This document shows, one piece after another, positions 15,281 through 24,680 of a stretch of 40,981 nucleotides of DNA. The number at the start of each line of letters is the position of its first letter. The first letter of the stretch is position 1. The stretch comes from a virus (taxonomy: Duplodnaviria > Caudoviricetes). The position numbers were made by a program, and so were the translations under genes. Below the pieces are notes generated by a model that was not told the origin of the DNA, ran no database searches, and worked only from the letters and a program-made list of their open reading frames with translations. The stretch covers positions 1-40,981 of the IMG/VR virus record IMGVR_UViG_3300030330_001188; one strand, 5' to 3'.

Positions 15281-16282
15281 TTATGCTCCCATCAATAAGA
15301 AACCGTGAATGTCTCCATCACCACCACCTGATGAGTATAAGTTTATAGCACCTTCACCACCCATACCGCTATGGTTAGAACAGTAATAATAAAGTGTTGA
15401 TGTAGCTCCTGCAATACCTAAAGTTTCAGGTGTAATCTCTATTGTTGTAGATGAACCTGCATTACCTGGTGTTCCTGCAGTTGTTACGTTAGTTGTAAAC
15501 TCTGAACCACTGTTATGCGAACCGTCTTGTGTTAATGAAAATTTTAAGTTATGTCCTGATAATGAACTGTCTGATGTATCAAACTTATATTTAAAACCTA
15601 TCTTAAAAATAAAATTAGTTGACCTAGTTCCTGCTCCTGTATCTGTTCCTGATAAAAAGTAAAATACATTTTGTGAACCTGAGCCATCATCAGCTACTTT
15701 AACTGTTATAGGTACTGTAAGTGTAACTGCACCTGCTGATATATTGTCTATCTGTGTTTGTATTGCAGAAGATACACCATCTAAAAAACCAAACTCTGTA
15801 TTAGATACAGTTCCATTGTGAATTTTAGTTGCATCTATTGCAGCACTAGCATTTACATCTGCATTAACAATAACACCACTACCAAAACTTGTAGCTATAT
15901 CTTGCGTTGAACTACTTATAGTTCCTGTTATATCTCCCGTAAGTGCTATATCATTTACTCTGTCGTGTAAATCTTCAAACATTTCACCTACAACGGCCAT
16001 ACGTACGGTTGTACCATCTACGTGTGTAGGGTCAGTAGTATATCGTGTTTCTACATCTCTTGTCATAGCTGATACTGTTGTACCTGAGGATGCAGTTACT
16101 AATACAACTTCTCTGTTAGAAGCATTGTCAGGGTCTATTACTAAATAATACGGTGCAGCTATTGGAGTAGTTCCATTTGTTGTAGGTGCTGCTGTTAATG
16201 TACAGTTAGTAGCACCTGATGCAACAATACCATTTAATGTTGTTTCAAAAAAGTTACTGTATGTTGCTGTCTGTAATGTCAT
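15281..16282 (-). CDS. Tail fibre / tail-associated structural protein
   Basis: Ser/Thr/Gly-rich, with a C-terminal YKFDTSDSS..GH...LYYYCSNHSGMGG module typical of marine phage virion proteins. Confidence 0.7.
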   Translation of the reverse strand: MTLQTATYSNFFETTLNGIVASGATNCTLTAAPTTNGTTPIAAPYYLVIDPDNASNREVVLVTASSGTTVSAMTRDVETRYTTDPTHVDGTTVRMAVVGEMFEDLHDRVNDIALTGDITGTISSSTQDIATSFGSGVIVNADVNASAAIDATKIHNGTVSNTEFGFLDGVSSAIQTQIDNISAGAVTLTVPITVKVADDGSGSQNVFYFLSGTDTGAGTRSTNFIFKIGFKYKFDTSDSSLSGHNLKFSLTQDGSHNSGSEFTTNVTTAGTPGNAGSSTTIEITPETLGIAGATSTLYYYCSNHSGMGGEGAINLYSSGGGDGDIHGFLLMGA

Positions 16283-18253
16283 CTATGCTCCAAATTTCAA
16301 TAATCCTAATTGTTGAATACCAAACACTTCTGTGCTAGTTACATCTGTAACAGTTTGCTGTCTAGTACCACGCACCGTAATTATAGCATACTGGGTTACA
16401 CTTCCTCTTTCAACATTTGAATTTATTGGATAGCTTATTCTTTCTACCACACCACGTATAACTTCAGCAGGGTCAAATATTTCTAACGTAACAGATGCAC
16501 CTTCTTTTGTACGTAACTCAGAATATATTGCTTCACCTAAACCTTTTACTTTTATAGGTTTACGATTAGGCCTTTCTACTCTATCTGATACATTTATAGG
16601 TATTTGTGCAACTACAAGTTCAGGCCTTGCTAATGCACGAAACTGTACTGATTTTACTTTAGGTGTATTTATTCCATCAGAAGTTTTAAGAACTACTTTA
16701 CCTACTATAAACCTAGATACTTCAGCTATCTGTTTTTCAACGTCACCTGTACCTGTCGTTTGTTCTATAGCTTGTTTAAAACTCGAATCATCAGGATTGT
16801 CTAACGATTCAAACTTTGTAGAAAAAAATAATTCTGTTGAGGTATTTGAAGCTAGAGTTTGTGTAGACATCTCTGCACCTACAAATTGTTTAGCTTCAGC
16901 AGTAAAGAAATCTGCAGCAGATAACAATATATAACCTTCAGATTCAAATGTAGATGTTTCTAAATATACATCACTTGCTGCAACAACTACCATAAACTTA
17001 CCTTCTACTTGTGTAATACCAGTAACAAATCCACCTGCACCTATCTTTATGTTTCTAGCAAAACCTGCAGTTGGTAAGTAATATCTCCACAAAAATGTTT
17101 CACTACCACTTTCCTTTACGCCACAGTAAACACTGTCTCTTGATACAAACATAAATTTAGGTGTACTATCTACACCTGTTATATCCCATTCTTTTATTAA
17201 TTGTCTTTGTGCTACAACGTATAAGTCATCAGCAACAGTTAGTTGAGCTGTATAAAATCTACCAACTGATTTTGTTTTTTCTTTTGTTCCAAAAAATACA
17301 ATACCTTCAGATGCAGCTAATGAATGTACTTCTTCAAAAGGTATATTGGTTTGACCTTTTAGTGTCATAGTACCTGCTACATCTTTTATTGAAAATATAT
17401 CCCCGCTTGTTGACGCAGCTAAAACCACTGAACCTGCATCTATTACAGATGTTATACTAAAACTATTATCAAATGTAACTATTGCACTAGCTTCTGTTAA
17501 ATCACTAGAATCCCAGGTTTGTCCTATAGGACTTATACCCCACAAGTAACCTACAGTTCCATCATCACCTGATATAAACAACTGACCCTTAGCAAAATGT
17601 ATACCTGTTAAACCATTTGAGGCCTGGTCTGTAGTTCTTACTACCCAGGAACTACCTGTAAATTCTATTAACTGTGAACCTGAAGTACCGTTAGCAGTTG
17701 TAGCATACATTCTATCTCCAACTGCAACTAAACCTGTAAAGTTATGTGTAGCTCCTGTTGTACTAGATGATATTTCAGACCAAGATTCTGCTGATAAATC
17801 ATATTGATGTATAGTTGTACCATCAGTTACGAATACATCTCCGTTTGTAAGTTGTGCTAAGAAGTTATTATCAGCACTAAAACTTTGACTTTGTGTTGTT
17901 GTTGTGTGTAGTAACTTAGCACTGTAAGCTGTTTCATCATCTGCGTGAAATACATCTACACCTTTGCTATCAAAAAATCTAGTTACATCTTTAGGATTGC
18001 CATTTATTCTATGAGCTGTATCTAAACCTTGGCCACCTGAAAAGTTATTACGAGAAAACTTACGCCCTAAGTTAGATGTAAAATCTTCAGGATTTTGTTT
18101 AACATTTATCTGTCCTTCTTGTACATCTGATGATTGTATCTGCATTTCTCTACCTGGACCAACCGCAGAACGTAATAATATATCATCTATTCTGACATCA
18201 TACCCAAATCTTTTAGGGTTAGAAATGTTAACTGTTGATGCAATTCTAGGCAT
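16283..18253 (-). CDS. Tail nozzle (tubular protein B-like, beta-propeller)
   Basis: 656 aa, beta-rich repeats, position after the adaptor in a podovirus layout. Confidence 0.6.
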   Translation of the reverse strand: MPRIASTVNISNPKRFGYDVRIDDILLRSAVGPGREMQIQSSDVQEGQINVKQNPEDFTSNLGRKFSRNNFSGGQGLDTAHRINGNPKDVTRFFDSKGVDVFHADDETAYSAKLLHTTTTQSQSFSADNNFLAQLTNGDVFVTDGTTIHQYDLSAESWSEISSSTTGATHNFTGLVAVGDRMYATTANGTSGSQLIEFTGSSWVVRTTDQASNGLTGIHFAKGQLFISGDDGTVGYLWGISPIGQTWDSSDLTEASAIVTFDNSFSITSVIDAGSVVLAASTSGDIFSIKDVAGTMTLKGQTNIPFEEVHSLAASEGIVFFGTKEKTKSVGRFYTAQLTVADDLYVVAQRQLIKEWDITGVDSTPKFMFVSRDSVYCGVKESGSETFLWRYYLPTAGFARNIKIGAGGFVTGITQVEGKFMVVVAASDVYLETSTFESEGYILLSAADFFTAEAKQFVGAEMSTQTLASNTSTELFFSTKFESLDNPDDSSFKQAIEQTTGTGDVEKQIAEVSRFIVGKVVLKTSDGINTPKVKSVQFRALARPELVVAQIPINVSDRVERPNRKPIKVKGLGEAIYSELRTKEGASVTLEIFDPAEVIRGVVERISYPINSNVERGSVTQYAIITVRGTRQQTVTDVTSTEVFGIQQLGLLKFGA

Positions 18254-19242
18254 TATCCGTAGCTCAAGTTATTTATAGTTACTGGTTCAGGGAACCTAGC
18301 TCGTAAATCTTTTCTAGCTTGTTGTAGTAAAGCTCTTTGATAAGCCAACAAAGAGTTTCTTATTCTTGCTGCGGATTCTACAGGAAAGGATTGTGTAGCT
18401 AATTGGTCTGATATGTAATCTGTGGTAGCTGTTGGTATATCTCTACCTGCCATTATTTGTGCTGCAACACCTGCCATAATTATTGGTTCGTATTCACTTT
18501 CTAAACCTATTTCAGCTAGTGTATTATCTTCTGCAGTTGGTTCTACAAACTTCTTTTTAAATGTAATATACACTGTATGGCCTGCGTTCACGTTATACAC
18601 TTGAACAGCATTTACTTTGTTAGGTCCATTGTTACTATATGTTATTGTTTGTGATACACCATCCGAATCTGTATAAGTAAATGGGTTAGGTAGGTCTACA
18701 AGTTCTACTGTAACACCTGAATATACAATACCTGTGTCATCTGTACCTGCAGAAAAATCTGTATATTGGGATATAGCTTTTATTGGAGCTATTAAATAAT
18801 TATCGTTAGTACCACTTAGTGGTATGTATCCTACTTTAGCTGATACTTGTTTAGTTTCTGTTGCAAACAATGTAGGATATAAGTTTTTTATTTGGTCACA
18901 TACAGCATCAAATACATTCTTACGTGGGAATGGCGGTGCAATTTTAATTATGTCACCTGCAGTATGTGATGCTTTAGTTGTACCTCTTGCACCTCTAGTT
19001 ACTGTTACTGTATTAGTTACAGCATTTAAGTTTGTACACAACATTAACTCTTGGTCTATTTCTATAATAGTACCTGCATCCATAGCGTCTTCTTCTTCAA
19101 TAGATAACAAGTCACCATTAAAAGTAAAACTTGTTACGGTATCATTTATGTCTGTAGATAATGTTGTATAACTGACAAGGTCGTCCATAGGTTCAAGATA
19201 TTCCCTGTAGGTTCTATCTACTAGGTTACCAATATTGCTCAT
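18253..19242 (-). CDS. Head-tail adaptor (tubular protein A-like) with inserted beta domain
   Basis: Position after the capsid genes, helical ends, internal VTRGARGT..SHTAG module. Confidence 0.55.
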   Translation of the reverse strand: MSNIGNLVDRTYREYLEPMDDLVSYTTLSTDINDTVTSFTFNGDLLSIEEEDAMDAGTIIEIDQELMLCTNLNAVTNTVTVTRGARGTTKASHTAGDIIKIAPPFPRKNVFDAVCDQIKNLYPTLFATETKQVSAKVGYIPLSGTNDNYLIAPIKAISQYTDFSAGTDDTGIVYSGVTVELVDLPNPFTYTDSDGVSQTITYSNNGPNKVNAVQVYNVNAGHTVYITFKKKFVEPTAEDNTLAEIGLESEYEPIIMAGVAAQIMAGRDIPTATTDYISDQLATQSFPVESAARIRNSLLAYQRALLQQARKDLRARFPEPVTINNLSYG

Positions 19243-19250
19243 TGGGTCTC

Positions 19251-19583
19251 CTAACTATGTCTAAAATGTAATATTATTTTTCTGTCTGCAGCTTCGTTGC
19301 CATCAGAAGTAACTCTTATGTAACCATTACTGGCAAAAGCCCAACCTGATGGGTCAACTCGAACAATGTCTCCTACTGATACTGCATAGCTTACATCAGT
19401 TCCATCTGTTTCTTTAACATCTACAAATGTTGTATTGTCCATTGAAAAATCAAATGTTACGTTTGAACCTGTCATAGCTGCAGGAAATTGTATACCACAA
19501 AGTAACATACCATCTGTTTGAACACCAAGAGAGTTGTTGTTGTCTGCAGAAATATCTATTAAAGCCTGTTTTGATTTAATCAT
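19251..19583 (-). CDS. Small virion protein
   Basis: GIQFPAAMTGS.VTF..S.D...YIRVTS beta-sandwich pattern, downstream of the MCP. Confidence 0.6.
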   Translation of the reverse strand: MIKSKQALIDISADNNNSLGVQTDGMLLCGIQFPAAMTGSNVTFDFSMDNTTFVDVKETDGTDVSYAVSVGDIVRVDPSGWAFASNGYIRVTSDGNEAADRKIILHFRHS

Positions 19584-19599
19584 ATCTTCCTTACTATAG

Positions 19600-19640
19600 C
19601 AGAAGAAAAGGGTGGAGGTGGAGTTCCACCCTAATCTTCA
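19600..19640 (-). terminator. Terminator after the major capsid gene
   Basis: Minus strand AGGGTGGA-ACTCCACC-TCCACCCT-TTTCTT. Confidence 0.75.
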
Positions 19641-19646
19641 AATTGT

Positions 19647-20765
19647 TTATGCTACTGATTGAATTTTGCAGTGATATGAAGGAGGTCCGAACTCGAATCC
19701 CATCTCCATATAAATTGCTTTACCAATTCTTGCATTAGAGCTTTGGTCTAAATCACGTACGAACACAGTACCAAATCCTGGGATGTTGGTAAATACTGGT
19801 TGTATGTGGGCCAAGTCTAAGATGAAAGCAGTTCCTGTTGGCATAACATCAGGGTCAATAACCATTAGTCCTATTGAACCAAATGGTGTAATGATTGTGT
19901 CAATATCCAAACCTGCAACATTTCTATCTCTAGGAATGATTGTTCCTGCTATATCAACTGTACCTTTAACAAGCTCGTTGTTAAGGTCTAATACTTGTTT
20001 TGGACTTACAGCAAGCACAGGGTTATTCATTGGTGCGTGGTTATCATACATTCTCTTTAAGGCTTCTGAAATAGTCTTAAAGGAAATGACTTGTGATGTA
20101 CCAGTTCCATCTTCTGCTGTGTCGTTGTAGTAGCAGTTACCACCTAATGGATTAACTGCTGCTGCGTTGTTTGCGTTCTTGTTTATGGAAATCCATACGT
20201 CAAGACCATACATTTCTCTTTCTCCTTGACCTGGGGTGGTGTTAGCACCGTCAGAGAAAGAACCATTGAATGCAAACCACTCAACTTCTCTTGCTACTTT
20301 TTCCATTGCTTTTTCCATTTGCAATGCAAATTCATCTGCCACTGGGCTACCACCAAAAAGTGCTAACTTGTCACCTGCTGTATTGCCGCCTGTTCCATCA
20401 GAAAAGTTTGCAATGTTTGCAGATAAGTCGAAAGGATTTTGGTTTTGTGTAGATGCTAAAGCTGTGTATGTCATTTGTACACCCTTGTGGAAAATCTGAG
20501 TTACATAAGTATATGCAGCTCTGTCTCTTCCAAGAAATTCTGTAGGTGCAGAACCCTCTTTACCTTTGTCAGGTTCACTTGAGACTTTTGCATTATCTTC
20601 TACTTGGACTTGCCAAAATGTAGATTGTAATGTTTTTCCGCCATTCAAGCCACCGACTGCGGTAAGTAAAGGTGTTCTTTGACCACCAACTTTAAACAAT
20701 TCACCAGTGAAGTTATTAATGTTTTGTGCATAAATCGTATTATTTGTTAACGATATTGCTCCCAT
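19647..20765 (-). CDS. Major capsid protein (SU10/DUF5309-like HK97 fold)
   Basis: 372 aa with TPLL, TQIFHKGVQMT, REMYGL, TPFG and EMGFE. Follows the scaffold and precedes a terminator. Confidence 0.85.
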   Translation of the reverse strand: MGAISLTNNTIYAQNINNFTGELFKVGGQRTPLLTAVGGLNGGKTLQSTFWQVQVEDNAKVSSEPDKGKEGSAPTEFLGRDRAAYTYVTQIFHKGVQMTYTALASTQNQNPFDLSANIANFSDGTGGNTAGDKLALFGGSPVADEFALQMEKAMEKVAREVEWFAFNGSFSDGANTTPGQGEREMYGLDVWISINKNANNAAAVNPLGGNCYYNDTAEDGTGTSQVISFKTISEALKRMYDNHAPMNNPVLAVSPKQVLDLNNELVKGTVDIAGTIIPRDRNVAGLDIDTIITPFGSIGLMVIDPDVMPTGTAFILDLAHIQPVFTNIPGFGTVFVRDLDQSSNARIGKAIYMEMGFEFGPPSYHCKIQSVA

Positions 20766-20789
20766 TTTTATCTTCTCCTATATAAATTA

Positions 20790-21257
20790 TTACTTGTCTT
20801 GTTCTTTTAAAGTATCCATCATACGCAATTTAGCGTTGATAGTATCTTTAGGTTTTGTGTCTGGGTTAGTTACGAAGTTTAGAAACTCTTGACTTACGTC
20901 AACAGGTTCTGCATTTACACCAATTTTATTTAACTGCTCTACACGTGATTGAGCTTCTACTACAGTATTTGCAGGAGCTGCACTAGGTTGTTCAGAACTA
21001 CTAACTTCTCCAAACTCTTGAGCAACAAACTCCTTGATACCCTCTACTGTGACATCACCATCATAGAGTTTTGTAACGGCCTTACCGATACCTTTGTCTG
21101 CTGTAAGTCCTAATGAACCTAAAGCAGTATTCATAGCATCAGCTTTAAACTGTTTATTCTCAGCTTTTAGCTTTTTATACTCTTCTCTAAGTTGTTTGAT
21201 ACCATCTGTAGATTCATCTACAACTTCTGTATCTACTATTGGTTTAATATCTTCCAT
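20790..21257 (-). CDS. Scaffolding protein
   Basis: Acidic N-terminus, coiled coil IKQLREEYKKLKAENKQF, upstream of the MCP. Start placed after GGAG. Confidence 0.7.
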   Translation of the reverse strand: MEDIKPIVDTEVVDESTDGIKQLREEYKKLKAENKQFKADAMNTALGSLGLTADKGIGKAVTKLYDGDVTVEGIKEFVAQEFGEVSSSEQPSAAPANTVVEAQSRVEQLNKIGVNAEPVDVSQEFLNFVTNPDTKPKDTINAKLRMMDTLKEQDK

Positions 21258-21381
21258 AATTTTCTCCATCTTCTCTAGCATATAAATATCCCATAACATA
21301 ATCGCTAGGTAATTAAAGGGATTTTACACAAGGGTTTACGAATGACAGATAACGCACCTTGGTGGCGTTACCGAATTTACG

Positions 21382-21427
21382 ACCCTATATTTAGCGTGCC
21401 GAACTCGACAGGCACTATATATAGTGT
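21382..21427. promoter_or_regulatory. Tandem NrdR-box-like operators
   Basis: ACCCTATATTTAGCGT (21382-21397) and GCACTATATATAGTGT (21412-21427) match consensus acaCwAtATaTwGtgt at 13/16 and 15/16, 30 bp apart. Confidence 0.55.
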
Positions 21428-21451
21428 ACTATGATTCAGTTAGTCCTGCAA
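21423..21451 (-). promoter_or_regulatory. Sigma70-type promoter of the scaffold/capsid genes
   Basis: TTGCAG-N17-TACACT on the minus strand. Confidence 0.65.
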
Positions 21452-22598
21452 CCTGACCTTGTTGATTTTTAAATGCACCTGTTACTACAGAACTTTCAGA
21501 TGCTTGTTGTTGCAATATACGTTCCTGTTCTCTTTGAGCAGCAGGGTCTTGTTGAACTTCTGTATTTATAATATCTTGCAAGTTAATTTCATTAGGTCTT
21601 CCTTGAGCCATTCTTAATCTATTTAGCTGTTGTATGTAATCACTAGCTCTTGCAAATAATCTTTGCCCACCTGATTGTGTTATTCCTGCTTGTAATAATC
21701 TTTGTGCTTGTTCTGTAGTTAAATCTAGATTTCTTAATGCAGCCTCAGCACCTAATTGTGCTTGTGATATTTGATTTTGTAATATGCTTATAGATATATC
21801 AGGGTCTAATGATGCAGCAAATACTGCGTTATCTGTTAAGTCTATTTGAAAATTTGCAGAGTAGTAGTCTTTAATTTCTTGTGCTATAGGGTTGTCTGTA
21901 AATGCAGTTCTAGCACTTTCTATTCTTGTTCTAAATTCTGATACACTTACATCACCTGCTATAAGGGATGCTACTTTACCTGCTTCTTCAAACACTAAAG
22001 GATTCAAGTCATTCTCTAAAAGTATTCTGTAATAACCTTCTCTCACTTGTTCATACTGTGCCTCGTTCATTCTTAACGAACCATCAACTCTTTTAATTCC
22101 TGGATAGTACAATGCATACTCTTCTGTATTTCTTACAGCACCTAAAGCAAATTCAGCGTTACCTGTTTCTATATATGAATCTACATAGGATTGTAGTAAT
22201 CCGCCTTTACCTGATAACCAAGGAACTATGTCTTCTATTTGTTTTGGGGTAGGTACAAATGTAGGCTCGTCTTCTCTATCTTGTCTTCCTATACTTGATA
22301 TTGTTTCATTTAATTTTGTAAAGAAAGAACTTAAATCATCTGTAGGTGAAGCATCTCCTTTATCCATATCAGTACCACTTGTAGTACCAGTTACACCATA
22401 GCTTTCGTTTTCAAACAAGTTTTCTGCTATTGCAACTCCACCACCACTCAATGCTTCAGATAGTTCTTCAGCAGTTCTAGCTGTTATATATTCATCATTT
22501 TTAAATACGTAAACAACTTGATTATCGTTGTCATCTGTATATAACAAACTTCGATTAATACTATTTTCCTCAAGTATTTCATTAGTTATTTCTGCCAT
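21429..22598 (-). CDS. Putative internal virion (ejection) protein
   Basis: Helical, Gln/Ala-rich C-half, within the block between portal and scaffold. Confidence 0.55.
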   Translation of the reverse strand: MAEITNEILEENSINRSLLYTDDNDNQVVYVFKNDEYITARTAEELSEALSGGGVAIAENLFENESYGVTGTTSGTDMDKGDASPTDDLSSFFTKLNETISSIGRQDREDEPTFVPTPKQIEDIVPWLSGKGGLLQSYVDSYIETGNAEFALGAVRNTEEYALYYPGIKRVDGSLRMNEAQYEQVREGYYRILLENDLNPLVFEEAGKVASLIAGDVSVSEFRTRIESARTAFTDNPIAQEIKDYYSANFQIDLTDNAVFAASLDPDISISILQNQISQAQLGAEAALRNLDLTTEQAQRLLQAGITQSGGQRLFARASDYIQQLNRLRMAQGRPNEINLQDIINTEVQQDPAAQREQERILQQQASESSVVTGAFKNQQGQVAGLTES

Positions 22599-22599
22599 A

Positions 22600-23820
22600 T
22601 TATCCTTGTCCAGTTATTGTTGGTGACAAATATATTTGTCCTAGTCCTTGACCTTTTAATCCTTGTGCCATTTTAGTTAATGCACCATCATCTCCTACTT
22701 CTAAGAAATGTGATATGATTGCTTTTCTTTGTTCTGATGGGTCATCCATTTGAAACAAGTTATATACTAAATCTTTATCTCTACCTGATTCATCTAAGTT
22801 ACCATACTTGTTTGCCAAAGTTCTAACTCCAATAATTGAAGTGTTATAATCTCTACCTTTATATTTGTCTGAAACATTTTCATCCCATACTTCTTGTAAC
22901 TTTGCATCTAACAATGATTGTCCATTAGTGGTAGCTAATACATTACTAAAAAAGTTATAGTCTTCTTCTTTAAATAGTGATGCTAAATCCATACCTAACT
23001 TAGCTTCTGCTTGGTCTTTTGCTCTTTGTATAAAAGCTAAACTTTCAGGCATCTCTAACTGTTTATCTTTTATAAACTCTTGTATTTCATCATTTCTAAA
23101 TCCTGGTAGTTCAGGAAAGAGTATTAATCTAAACTGTTCTGATAAATCATCTTTACTTAAAATACCTTTAAGTCTCATATCATAAAGTTTATTTATTAAA
23201 TCTTGTGGTATATCATACTGACCATACTTACTTATCAATCCTGCAACTTCTATTTTTGTTCTATCTTGAAGTCTTCTTAATGTAGCATTAGCTTCTCTAT
23301 CTGAACCTAGTGCTATTGCTCTAAAGTATTCCAACTGGTCTGCATTAAGTGCAGCTATAGTAGGACTAACATACGCATAATCTTCGTAAGTTAATGGTGT
23401 TCCTTCAAATATACTTTCTAAAAATAATCCAAGTACAGCAAACTCTCCACTATCTTCTTGTGTTACGAGATAAGGATTTAAGTCTGCTTCTTTTTTAATT
23501 GATGATATAAGTACATCTATAGGATTTAATCCTGCAAGACGAGACTCAACTTCTTCTATGCTACCAAAATTTATAGCAGTGTTAGCTATTTCTTCTGCAC
23601 TTCCTGGGTCTACAGTTAGTTTGTAATCAGATTCTGATAAATAATATACAGTTACATCTTCTTCTAAACCTTCTACCTTGTCTGCTTCTAGTGTATAAAA
23701 GAAATAGTATTGCCCATCTTCACCCCTCCTAATCATATCAGGAGTAGGTACTGTATCTTCTAATGCAGGTGCAGACTCACTTGCTATTATTTCGTCTATT
23801 TTAATTTCTATATCTGACAT
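22600..23820 (-). CDS. Putative internal virion protein
   Basis: Acidic, helical, 406 aa, in the same coupled block. Confidence 0.5.
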   Translation of the reverse strand: MSDIEIKIDEIIASESAPALEDTVPTPDMIRRGEDGQYYFFYTLEADKVEGLEEDVTVYYLSESDYKLTVDPGSAEEIANTAINFGSIEEVESRLAGLNPIDVLISSIKKEADLNPYLVTQEDSGEFAVLGLFLESIFEGTPLTYEDYAYVSPTIAALNADQLEYFRAIALGSDREANATLRRLQDRTKIEVAGLISKYGQYDIPQDLINKLYDMRLKGILSKDDLSEQFRLILFPELPGFRNDEIQEFIKDKQLEMPESLAFIQRAKDQAEAKLGMDLASLFKEEDYNFFSNVLATTNGQSLLDAKLQEVWDENVSDKYKGRDYNTSIIGVRTLANKYGNLDESGRDKDLVYNLFQMDDPSEQRKAIISHFLEVGDDGALTKMAQGLKGQGLGQIYLSPTITGQG

Positions 23821-24680
23821 TACCTAGCTTTCATCTTTCCTAATTGTCCTACAAAGTTCATTATAACTGCATCTATTTGGTCATAGTTTGAACGAACATC
23901 TAAAGGTATTTCTTGTATATTCATACCTACTTGGTCTGCTAAATATAGTTGAGATTGTCTAATTGTTTCTAAATTTGTAGGGTCAGTAGGGTTCATCATT
24001 TTAGCTATCTTTTCAGTAGCTCTATTAAATTTTGCTATTTCTCTTTCAGAATAACCTTTTTCTCTACGCTCTTGTCCTACTCCACTAGGTTCAGGTGTAG
24101 GTTCAACAGGTGATTCATTTGTTTGTGTTTCTTTTACTACAGGTTCATTGTTATTTGTTTCCATACCTAGAGTATAGTACGCATCAACATAAGAGTTTAT
24201 ACCTTCAACAACATCTGATTTTTTTTCATTAGGATTGTTACCTCTACCTGCAGGCATTTCACCACTAAGGTATGGTAATACATAATCTGTGTATGCTTCC
24301 CATATACCAAATGGGTCATTGTTAGCAGCAGTTACCATACCAAACTGACTACTTCCATCTTCTAAATCTTCTCTGATAACTTTTAAATAATGTACTGCAA
24401 ACTCTGCATTGTACTGTGGGTCCTTTAATTTACGTTCAAATTCTTCTAATGTAATATCTTTTCCTGCAAAACTACTTAAAGTATTATCAGGCTTACCGTT
24501 TTTAAAATGTCTATCTGCGTTAATTTGAAATAATCCTATTGATGTTGTATCTTCGTTTTCTGCACCTGTTTCTAAGTTTGATTCATAAAAAGATATCATA
24601 ACTAATGTAGGTATGTCTTCTGTATTAGCTCCTGCGTTTTGTAATAACTCGACAAGTTCTTTAGCAGATACTTTTGCCAT
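23820..24680 (-). CDS. Virion-associated lytic transglycosylase (SLT-like)
   Basis: Catalytic YES, SIGLFQIN, LKDPQYNA and WEAY. Confidence 0.78.
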   Translation of the reverse strand: MAKVSAKELVELLQNAGANTEDIPTLVMISFYESNLETGAENEDTTSIGLFQINADRHFKNGKPDNTLSSFAGKDITLEEFERKLKDPQYNAEFAVHYLKVIREDLEDGSSQFGMVTAANNDPFGIWEAYTDYVLPYLSGEMPAGRGNNPNEKKSDVVEGINSYVDAYYTLGMETNNNEPVVKETQTNESPVEPTPEPSGVGQERREKGYSEREIAKFNRATEKIAKMMNPTDPTNLETIRQSQLYLADQVGMNIQEIPLDVRSNYDQIDAVIMNFVGQLGKMKAR

